Source: Lytechinus pictus (Eukaryota). From it: a stretch of 64,000 nt of DNA. Location: assembly GCF_037042905.1 (NCBI RefSeq), contig NC_087251.1:16618001-16682000 (forward strand). The letters run 5' to 3'. The position numbers and the translations under genes are program-made. The notes beneath the pieces were generated by a model that saw nothing but the letters and a program-made list of their open reading frames with translations, searched no databases and was not told the DNA's origin. Below, piece by piece: positions 34,701 to 46,700 of this stretch. The first letter of the stretch is position 1. Each line of letters opens with the position of its first letter.

Positions 34701-37700
34701 TTAAGTGGCCTGAAATAAGACTAACCATAATTTCGGCCAGTTCATCGCCAGAAAAACCCGAACTGCATTGTGGGTAATAATAATTAAAATTAAATACAAA
34801 AATGCAGTCTAGCCTCCCCAAAGGCCTTTATTATGAAAGAGTATGAACATGACATTGTTTCTATCATTTATATTTTGATATACAAACATTTTGTCCATTT
34901 CTAATGAATTATTTTAATAAATAAAGTCATGTGATCTTTACTTACGCCTGTCCGACATGCTTTGCGCGCGGTTGAATTACTCTCATGTGCCCTATACTGA
35001 GGGTCGAACAAAGAAAAGTTGAATATTTTGGTCTCAAAAGAAAGAGTGGGTTGTCCTGAATAGATTGATACCTTGCATTCAATACCTAATCTGACTAAAC
35101 GCGTTAAAAGAAAAGAAAACGTCTCATTAGACGCCCCTCATTTTAATGTAAAAATACAGTGTTCCATTTATATGATTTGTGCGCTTCCTATAGGCTATGG
35201 TATTGCAGCTACAAGTTATACTTGTTTGATGTCCATCAATGGGCTAAAATATATATTGTGTGGAGTTAAAACTTCTTGTTAGCATGTTCAATTTTGTTCG
35301 AAGTGATTTATTACCTTTTTTATTCGCATAAAAATAAACAAAGTAAATAAAAGAAAATGGATAACAAACAAAGAGTGTAAGCAATTATTGTGCTCATATC
35401 GCCTCTCTTCCTCATTATAACTCACAAGCTGGAGGGGGGGGGTGCTATAGATATATACCATCGACCCCGCCCTGCTTACAAGACAGGAGGATGAGGTGTA
35501 CCCCGACTCAGCTCTCCCCCCCCCCCCTCGCGTAGCTTTCAACGAAGTGAATAGTATTCAAGTGCGCAATCCACATCTGACTGAGACAAGTTTATGTATT
35601 TTAATGTTTTGTTCATCTTTCTTTCTCGGCGTGCTCTAAACACTAAAATTGGGAATCCTTGATGATAATTAGTAGTTATTTATCATTTTTAAATCCTACT
35701 TATTTCATTTCACACACTCAAACCAACCAGATCTGATCTCCTGTTGGCAGTAGAAACTCGCATTTCTGCATGATAAATGATAATAAGCATTGAATATGCA
35801 TTTGAAAGCGTCATTTCATCATAGTAAGCGATAAATGCACTAAATGCCGAGTTATATACCGATCACCTGTTGTCAAACATAACACATTTCATTGTATAAA
35901 ACTGTTTAAAGCATTCCATCACTGATTTCTAGCAGACGACGCTCAGCCTTAGCAACGACTGTGTAGAAGTGTAGTCGCGGTACAGGGCACACATGAGTAT
36001 TACAGACCCCCATTGACTCACGTGTTAAATCATAGCTCATCAAAAAATCATCAAAAATCAATCCCTCGATAGATTTTGCTTTAATTCTCTGACATTAGCC
36101 ACAATTAATTGTACATTACGACCTGATATGTTAATCGGGTACTTGCCCGGCTCAATCAAAAGTTAAGTGGCCTGAAATAAGACTAACCATAATTTCGGCC
36201 AGTTCATCGCCAGAAAAACCCGAACTGCATTGTGGGTAATAATAATTAAAATGAAATACAAAAATGCAGTCTAGCCTCCCCAAAGGCCTTTATTATGAAA
36301 GAGTATGAACATGACATTGTTTCTATCATTTATATTTTGATATACAAACATTTTGTCCATTTTTAATGAATTATTTTAATAAATAAAGTCATGTGATCTT
36401 TACTTACGCCTGTCCGACATGCTTTGCGCGCGGTTGAATTACTCTCATGTGCCCTACAGGGCCAGGCAAGCTCATCTTCCACTACTGCAGCCCTTTCCCC
36501 CTCTGGACAATAAAGGTATTTTCATGTTGAATGCATTCTTTTATGAATCATTTTATGTTCTACTGTATTGCCTGAAGCTTGAACTTATTTTTTTAGTCAA
36601 TGACAGACAATTCATGAAATCTCTCTAATGTGCATTTAATCTATGTGCCAAAAGTTTTGATGGTTTAGACAGCTGTCGGATACTATCAAATGTTGTTTCT
36701 TAATGAGTTTTGCTACCCAAAACTCCCGTCCGTGGGACATTTTGCCGCGCGCTCCCTCACAAAATCATACCTCCGCGAAATCTTCTGGATTCTATCATCC
36801 CAATGTTGGCAGCTCTGTTAACTAGTGTCTCAGAATGTGATGAAATATGTAGAAAACAGGAAGCAACATGCCAAGGTAACCAGTTGATTACAAATACAAG
36901 GTGCTACTAAACTAAGTTTAGCCAAAGTCACAAGCCTAATATTCTTTCTCGGTTTCCAAACTTTCCATAATTTTCACTTTTTCAGGTATGCCAAGTCTAG
37001 TTTTCTACACTGTACATTACAGGTGTATTTAAACATACTTTAGAAATCAATGGAACAGAATTCTTGTCATACAGTACCTGCATGTACATACATGTAGATG
37101 TATACAGAAGTATCAATAATTATGCAAAATATGAGTTGATTTAATAGTTGTTTGTTAATTCATGTCTTGTTCTGACTCATGTCTTGTTCTGACAATCAAA
37201 TTGATGCAGATGCATGTACTCTGGGGAATTCTACCTTAGATGTTGTTTCATTGCTTTGCAATTAACTTACAAAGTTACAGTAGAATTTTTAGTCAATTTA
37301 GAGAATTTTTCTATTCCTTTTACTTTAAATTTGAAAATATTTCTTATTACAGCTTTCAACAATTTGCTCCTTAAATGAAATAAAACGAAACAAAATGAAA
37401 TAACAAAATTTAAACAATCAGCATGATACTACATTGTAGCAATGTATCACGTTTACTCTGACATTGTGAAGTAAGAGAACTTGGTGTGATGAAACCAGAA
37501 TCAATAATCCATTCTTATTCTGCTGCTAGTGTTGAAAAGGAACCTCACCGAGTTCCTTGATTTGTTTGTGTGGACAGAGTGACGTAGGTAGCTCGCCCAG
37601 TCCAGCTTAATGCCCCGACCTGGAGTCAATTTCTTCAGGCATTTCTTTTAATGTCCTCAGTGCTTGGTGCGTCATGAGATCATACCTTATCCCTGTGCTC

Positions 37701-40700
37701 TATAAAGATCGTTTCCCATCTCTTTACGACTATTGGCACTGACCATCTAAGAAGCATCCTCGATTTACTTCTTTGACCTGATTAATTGGCAAGATAATGA
37801 CCTTTCATTACATACAAATTTTAAGTGTATATTATCCAAGAAAAAAAATGAGTTTCTGCATTACAACAATTTTGTTGGTAAAAAAAATGATATAAACTAA
37901 AATTTACCAACATTGCTTTGATCTGATTTATTAATGGCCAGGTAATAACCCTTTCATTGCATGGTCCAAATTTACAGTGTACATTTGCTGGAAGACAATT
38001 AGTTTCTGGGGCGCATCTGGGCTGATGTCATGATTTTGTTTGATGTGGGACCCATTTCATAAAGCTTGTTTTAATAACAAATTTGCAATAACAGTTAAAA
38101 GCTACTGAAATCATTCAGTCTGATTGGTTGAGAGTGTATTTGTTAAAGAAATTGAGCATTTGTTATTATAACGAGTTGCCATCAATGGCAAGTTTGGAGG
38201 GAAATTTTTCTGATTGGTAAACCAGTCAGTCCTATGAACAATTTGTCTGTGAAACAGTGATCTTTTACCATTTTGGGATTTGTAATACAAAGGTTTGCAA
38301 ACAATAATAAGTTTGAATTAATACTTTCTGAGATTAGTGACAAAAAGTCAGTCTCTTAAAAAAAATTTATATGGTTTGACCATTGTCATTTTGAAATATA
38401 GCAAACTTGTACATATATATACATGTTTAATGTAATACTGTCAAGGTCTATTTATCACATACATGTACGTGGAGTCATTTTGTGACATGATTATGTATCT
38501 CCACATTTCATTTGGAAGAAAAACAAAGAAAAGTACAGTACATACAAATTGTTTGTAAATGTATGCTCTTTCATCAAACTATTCTTCATTTCAATAAATC
38601 TTGCTAAAAATACTACTGGGTATTCAAAAAAATGACTTCATCTACATGTTCACCAAGCCAGTGAACAAATCTCTAAAATTTTCACCTAAATCCTGCCAAA
38701 ATTTAATTTGTTATGTTAATTATCCTGCTTTTTACTGACTAGCTTGGCTGTGGCAACAAACAATCTTTCAGCATTGGGAGGGTCATACATGTGTCATACA
38801 TGTTACACCCAACAGTAGTCAAGTCGGGAACCAAGGGAGATAAAGACTTAAAAATAACATGAACCTGTAGCATTTCCTCAAAATTAGATACATGATAGTT
38901 TGGTAGGTCATGTACAAGCGCATGGCTGTGGATTAAATTACTATTTTATTGTTAAGTTCTAGGAGTAATAGCATGAAAACCTGTCTTTTACATACTACAT
39001 GTAGTTCTAAGACAGTTTCTTGATTTATCTGAAGAGTGTTTTGTTTTGTTATAAATATTCATGTGAAATTATTTGGAACAAATTTACATTTCACTTGTGA
39101 ATACAGATAGTGTTGTACACATTTGTACTGTATGAGGATAGATTATAAGTTAAACTATTAAAGTTCTCCTGCTTTCCTATATTTTCTTATATTTGCCCTT
39201 TTTAAATGTTTTGGGTGATTTATGTTACCCTATTAAAACTTAGAAGCTCAGCACTGATCTACTTTTTAATATAGGGTTTATGCAACAAGCTGTGTTCTTT
39301 TGTGCATTGTACTTTGTAGGCCTATACCCATTATCTAATGTAGTCTATTTGTCTGTATATTTCCTGTGGTTGCAGACTGCAAAGTACTACTTCTCATAAT
39401 ATATTACCAGTTGCAGGTGATTATACCACCGCATGGGGCATACTAGTGTCTCTGCCTAATCCGTAGCCCACAAAGAAGGTATACCCCTTTATGTAGTATT
39501 GTACACATACAGACTATTTTTTAATACTGTTGAATAGTCTAATCCCACACTCTTACAAGTATGTTCTGTACAGTACAAGGCATGTTCAAGATAACTTGAG
39601 TGGTTGACTTTCGTACGTTCAGACTTGGGAGTCAGATGAACCTGACATAGTTTTTGTATTTTACTACTTTGACATAAAGTTAAAGATATTGGACATGTAT
39701 GACTACTTTGACTTGAACTTTGAAGATGTTATTTGTAAGATTTTTTTTAGTTCTTGAATGATCATACTGTACATACATGTTTGTAGATACATTTCTAGCG
39801 AAATATATACCCTTTTTTTTCTCATTATTTTAGCGTTTTTGATACCCTAATATTACATTACATACGTAATGTGCCCAATCTTGTAAAAGAGATCCTTTTT
39901 ATATGTTTCTTTGGTCATGCATGATGGTATCCACTCATCAATGGAAGTGGCTTCCCCCGGTATGAAAGTTGTTTTTCTGCATTGTCTCTTACTTTTTTGT
40001 TTTGAACTCAATCAAATGGAAATTCACAAGAGCTACAAATTGCCCTCTATGTAATTTTTGCACCAGTGATTAATGTGAGATCTGATAGAAAACCATATAA
40101 AATCAGAATAGCTTTTAAGGCGGTGCTGCACCATCCCGAGTTTGCTCAATCTCGAGATTTTAGCCCGATCAGCCCTCTTCGCGATTAATCTCGAGATTCA
40201 AGAAACCCCGTCTGCACCATCCCACGAAGAGCGATTCCTGCTCGAGCGAGGCAACAAGCCCGATATTACGAGCATGCGCACTTTCGGATCTTGGAGTTTC
40301 AACGGCCCGCGCTTTTGAATAACTTCCCGCGATATGCAAGCAATGTACTCCTTTCACTAGCACTTTCGCCGAATTCAACCGGTGTTATGCAACAATCCTC
40401 TCAGCTCAGCTCAGCGAGTGAAGAAGTGATGTATTCTTCGTTAAATATGATGGCGGAGTAGGAGGCAACGACAGAGAGAGAGAGAGGGAGAGAAGGAGGA
40501 AAGAAATGCTATTTGCTCACATTTTGTGAAGGAATAAGACAACACTGCTGTCAGTGTTGTTATTGAATATGACCATCGTCAATGAGCGCCTCCCCCTTCG
40601 GTCTGGTCTCTCCCAAAATCCATTCACTGGTGGGACACCATCGTTGCTTATGAACGCTATTCGCATGTATAAAGTTGACTTTCGCACGTGTTTATGTTTT

Positions 40701-43700
40701 GACCAAGGCGGAAGTGGAACGCGAATTGCATTATGGACTGACGTCATGAATAAATTACCCCGAGTCCAATCTCGAGTGCGTCTGCACCGACGAATTAGCG
40801 GGATAATTCGTAAAATAGCGCGCTATTTTGCAAATAAACCCGAGTTGACTTGGGATTGCAATCTCGAGATTAATCCTACGAACTAGCGCGATAATTGCGT
40901 CTGCACCGCCAACTATCTCGAGATTTTTCAGATCGGGATAATTTGCCGGATCAGAAATAGCGCGCTAATTTGAAAACTCGGGATGGTGCAGACGGCCCTT
41001 TAGAGAGAGACATTCCATTATTATGACGGGAAGGACAGTTAATCAGTGGGTCAGAGCCTCTTCATTGTTGACTGTTTTCTTGCTTGAATACTTTACCATA
41101 GAAAGTCAGTTTGCTGGTTTCTAGCTAGTGGTTTCCTAAACCAAGCATTCATTGTGTAATTACATGTACATGCAAGTTACTCTGTAGGCCTACTATATAT
41201 TCTCAATCACTCATATCCCACAATAAATATATAAAATGCTTTGCAGTAGGCCTGTAAAACTGCATACATTGTATATCATAGAGGCCTGTTGGCCGCCCGC
41301 CTGTACACCTTGATTTTCAATTTTCACTGGTGTACACATGATATAAAGAGAAAAGGGGAGGGGCAAAGTGTACTTGTACACAGAGGTGGATTCAGGATTT
41401 AATAAAGTGATAGGACTAGGAAAATCTTTGAATACAGTGTCTCTGAACAATAAAATTCTTCAAAATTTCATGAAGGGAAAAAAATTACACATTGAATGAA
41501 AAGGAACATTGCCAATTTTGAGTGAAAACCTCCATGTCCCCACCCCTTGGAGCCACAATTTACAGTGTATGTACTTAAATGTATTGCTAATTGATTGAAA
41601 AAGAAAGGAAAGGGGGGAATAAAAAGAAAAGAAAACAGAGATCATAGACCTCAATTTCTAACACGGTCAACATTTATTTAAAAGTCATACATGTATACAT
41701 GTAGGTGATATTTCTTGTAAATTTATTAAGAAGAGAAAAGGGATACAAAATAAGAGGAAGACATTTTTTATTAGACCTGTACATCAGAAGAGAATGATTG
41801 GAGAAGACAGTCAGTATCATTATCCCATCATACATCGCAATTTGTCACATCTGATGCCACAAGATGAAATATTCATCCAGATCTCTATTGAGACCATTAT
41901 CTGATTCCTGACATAATGGGCTACATCACCCGGAGGCTTTGAAGTGCGTTCACATCGTAGTGAACAACCTTATTGTGTGACTGACTTTGACATTTCTATG
42001 GATGAAAATTACATGCATGTTTTGCAAGATTGAAATGCCAAATCAACCCAGCATTTTTCTTGATTGATACATTAATTAATAAGTAATTTAATAGAGTTTA
42101 AATACATACCACCAAGCCACTGGTACATACTACGGCACTGTAGGAAATGTGGGGAGGTCCTGTGACCCCATCCATCCCTCCCTCATTGTTTGGATAAGTT
42201 TCATCATGTTTTTTTTATCTGGTATCAACAAATCGATTACAACAAGCAAACACTCCATTCAGGAAGTTGGAAAATGTATAATGAACTTTTGTTCATACTA
42301 TTGATTAAATTTGGGTGCGTTTGTTTTCAGTCATTTAGTTCCTCATCAACAAAAATATATGTGATAAAGAATAGTTACATTTGAATGTACTGTACAAGTA
42401 AATGTATTCAAATAGATAGAAAACATAACTTTCAAATTCTTTTGATTTCTTATCTTAAAAAATCCCGTAATATTTCTTGTATTTTATGTTTAAAAAAAAT
42501 CAGCATTTCAGTGAGAAAAGAATGATCAACAAGAACAATATATCAGCAAGTGTTTGAAAAACCTAAAAAGCGGCTAAAATCCCCCATAACTTGCGAGTCA
42601 AAGAAATATATAATTTGTAATGAAAGTCAGTATTAAAAAGTATCCTATTCTGAAAAAATAATATTTCCAAAATTTTCCAGTGTTACATGTCGTTTCTACC
42701 TCCATGAATTAACTTAAAAATAAGTCTGAATGCACATAAATAATGTTTTGTCTACTGTATGTATACAGATGATAACTGATGTATACCAAAAGATTTAGAT
42801 TTTCTTTGCCAGTGACCAAGACAAACTCCTGTCTGGAAACAACATTAGAACATATAGAAAACATCAATATCGGTTTGAATACATGTGAATGAAGTTGTAA
42901 ACTGTGTGAAAGAAAATTCAGTCTGACACTTTCCCATACTGGTTCAGTTAGAGCATGTACCACACATCATAATTGGTGATGATTCTAGTTGAACTTGAAT
43001 TAAATAGTCCATGGAGGTAGAATGAATAGTCTGATGTTGGTGGATATGTCCGATGTTCATTACTATTGACAGCTTTCTTTGGGGATGATTTCTGTTTCTG
43101 CATGGTATAGCATAGCCAATGGATCATACAATATTTTGCAAAAAAAATTATATTGAAAGTGACTGTGACCTTGAACTTTCAAGTACAGGCCATGATTTGT
43201 ATGTTTTGGTAATTTTATTCTTACATAAATGCAGGGGCATCTGGGCATGTACATATGTACATGCCTGCATGCTCATTAAGATTTGAAATGAAGAAAAATT
43301 AAAAGCCCCACTTCTCCATAAAAGATCATGCTACACAGTGTATATCTACAGAGTGAAATAATTCAACATATTGATCTGTTTCATTCCTCTTATTTTGTCC
43401 CTAACTCTTCCCGTATGACCCCCCAATATAGTAATTTTCTATCTCCCACCATGAAACTCTCCCCTCCCTTGAATTGGGTGCCCCTTAAGAATAGATAGTA
43501 CCCTGATGCAACAGGGAATCAAATTTGGGTACATTCAAGTAACAATATTTTCAGTTAATATACAGTAATGTATAAGCGTAAGAAATAATCAACTATTTGA
43601 TCTTGGATGAATGAAAGGTTTCGCCTGACAGTGGGTGGTTTTGTGTATTAGACCTGCATTTAGTGCTTTCCCTTGAATGGTTTCTGATAATATGTTAGCT

Positions 43701-46700
43701 TGAGACAGGGAGAATTGGGTCAGATATCCGGCAATTAGTACTAACTTTAATGGGTGATTTCTTATTCATGAAACTTCTGGCAGGTCATACATGTTGCATG
43801 CTATTACTTGGGTATTTATGTGTGTTACATGTAAGTGGTATAGCAAGTTACCATGTTGATAAATAGAACAGTATGTAGGCCTATACCATAGAATGTAATG
43901 TATAATTTAGATAAATCACAACATATGGACTTTTTGAAGTTTGTGTAGGCCACAATGATCAAAGTTTGAAATGGCATCTGACAAAGAATTAGAAGTGTGC
44001 ATGTTATTTATGCTACTGTACATATGTACATACAACACTTCAGTATATGATTTATAAGGAAACTTGTTTAGGCATGTAAACTGCAACCACCATCATTGTC
44101 TTTATAGTCGATTTGACAGTCCCATAGGCTCAATACACCAACCTAGAAATGTTCTTTCCGATGAAGTTTTTTTCTTGATTCGTGTTCCTATGGGGTCCTA
44201 GAACAAATTCAGCTTGGTTGCCCAAAGTTGCCGTTTGGGCTATTTTGCTAATTTGCATAAATCCAAAATGGCCGCCAGATGCCATCTAGAAAACCTAACT
44301 TTTGATCCCCTTTCCACAAAAATGATGAGTAATGACTCGTTTTAGGGGTTTAGGTGTGTGTAGAACCGATTTCTGGAACCATTTTTACAATATAAGGTCA
44401 TCTTCAGGTAAAATACAAAATGGCGCCAGATGCCATCTTGAAAAATTGACTTTTGATCCCCTTGCCCCAGAATGACGAGCAATACCTCTGTTTAGGGGTT
44501 TTTGGGTGTGTAGAATCCATTTCTGCTTTCTATTTTGCAATATAATGTTTTTTTCGGGTCAAATCCAAGATGGCCGCCATCTGACGCCATCTTGAAATAT
44601 CAACTTTTGAACCCTTTGCCCCAGAATCATGAATAATAAGTCTATTCGTGAGTCATTTGGTATGTTGATGAAATTCATGATGTAATTTTGCATAAAGGAT
44701 AATCTTCAGATCAAATCCAATATGGCCGCCAACCGCCATCTTGAAAAATTACTTTCCGTGGCTTATACGTGTAAGAGCTAATGCAAAGGGATTTCAGTAT
44801 AAGAATACTCATTTCTTTTATTAATTCTTACGTTTTTGTCCCAGAATCATGAGTAATCCCTCTTTTCGTGAGTTATTTGGTATGTTTGATTCCATTTCTG
44901 TAAATAATTTTACAATATATGATTATCTCCAGGTCAAAATAATCGAACATGGCCGCTAAACGCCATATTAAGAAAAAATATCTATTTCCCGAGACTATCG
45001 AACCTTGAAGAAGTACTCTCCTTAATAAGGTTACTATTATGTATGGGAGCTCATGTAAGGGGATTTCAGTGAGAATGATTCATTTCTTTTGCACTCCATT
45101 TTTAGTTCAAGGTCAAGTCACGTCTAAGATGGTCAGATGGTTGATATATTTCGTCATTAACCGCTTACTTTAGAATGAAACCATTCAAGGTTTGGGCTAT
45201 GATTTCAGGAGTTCTAATCCTTTTTTATTTCTGTCCAACCATACTTTTCCAGTGAAAGGACTTTAAAGTATTATTTGAATTAAAATGTGATTTCTCCGTA
45301 TTTTTTCAAAGAATTAGTTAACTTATTAACTTTCTTTATAATTATCATTGGACTTTTCCTCCTGACAAGAGCAATTGACTTGGTCAGCAGGAGTGCACTA
45401 TTTAGCCTCCTGCAGAAGATAGGCTCCCCCGAGATTGTTCCATGGTCAGGATGGATCTCATTCGTGAAATGTTGTACGGAAACGATGTCGCCCCTGCCTC
45501 TCAAGAGGTGAGAGTACAAGACCAGACATACATAACAGCTGCCTGTCCTGTGCATGTAAGGAGTTTGGATCACCCATCAGCCTGTGAGACAGAAATCCTG
45601 ATCGGTTCAAGACACTAACTGTCCTCCAGATATCTATATCAACAGCACGCACTCGTCTGTTTGTGGTGGACTCCTCACCTACCTTGGATCGACTACATAC
45701 ATGTAGCTCCCTTTCACTGGACAAGTATACAAGCACCGGGATAGTAAAATCTGCCAGTCATGGCCAAGCTCCTGTACGGAAGTAAGTCCTTGAAAACGTA
45801 CGCCGACCAAGAAAAGCGGCTAAACACCTTCCATGTCAGCTGCCTCGGACGTATCATGCACATTAAATGGCAGGACAAAGTGAAAAATACAGACGCCCTT
45901 CAGCGTAAGTGCTGGCATCCCCAGCTTATTCTCGCTCCTTAGTCAAAGGCACCTCAAGTGGTTGGGACATGTTCGCCGCATGAAACCTTGGCGAATCCCT
46001 TCTTGGATTCACCAAGGTAAGGTGAGCTGTGTGATTGGTCTCACCCCCATCGGTAGATCACACCTCCGTTATAGAGACACCTGCAAATGTGACATAAAAC
46101 TTGCCGGCATAGACAAGAACACTTGTGAAGATGTAGATGATAGTCGCCATTCTATGGAGAGCTACTAAGTTCAGGGGTCAAGACGTCAGAAAATAATCGG
46201 AATGCTAAATTGGCAGACCAAAGACCTAGGAGGAAGGCTAGGGTAGCATCTCTATCTTAACCTGTCTCAGCGCCATCCTCCTTCATCTGTACAAATTTGC
46301 TATAGATACTGCCACTCTAGAGTGGAGCTCTACAGTCACTCTCGAAATTGTAAGACCTAGCGCTACACCATCGTGTTTTAAGGGGAACTGATGCCTACCA
46401 ATCATTGGACACATTGATTTAGAAAAAAAATATTGAGAAAACAATTTCAAATTCAAATAAGACTCTAAAGCCTCTTCAGTACAAAAGTATGGATGGACAT
46501 TAAAAACAATACAAATGCACGCGAAATAGATCATAGTCCAAACCTAAAGAGGATTCATCATTCTAAGGTGAGCAGTTAATGTCGAAAACTGACATCTCAA
46601 TTGTGACTTCCCCTTATACTAAAAACTGAGAATTAATACTAGAAATGGGTATTCTTACTGAAATCCCTTTACATAAGCTCTTACACGCATAAGCCTCGGA

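Larger units (their letters stand above)
33762..36817. mobile_element. Non-autonomous DNA transposon with 6-bp TSD (hAT-like CAG termini) containing a nested twin repeat
   Basis: TIRs CAGAGCTTCCAA / TTGGCAGCTCTG; TTAACT duplicated at 33756-33761 and 36818-36823; GC-rich subterminal regions; no transposase ORF. Confidence 0.7.

Noticed and set aside
39376..39478. AG...GT bounded 103-nt segment in the 18.9-kb intron
   Set aside because: Frame-shifting length, in-frame stop, no homology
40169..40886. ORFs inside the Harbinger-like element as transposase or Myb protein
   Set aside because: Short, with no recognisable DDE or Myb/SANT motifs
44260..44760. Periodic repeats (about 150-bp modules) as a CRISPR-like array
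   Set aside because: Eukaryotic context. The whole modules are homologous (no unique spacers) and are mirrored in the opposite TIR.
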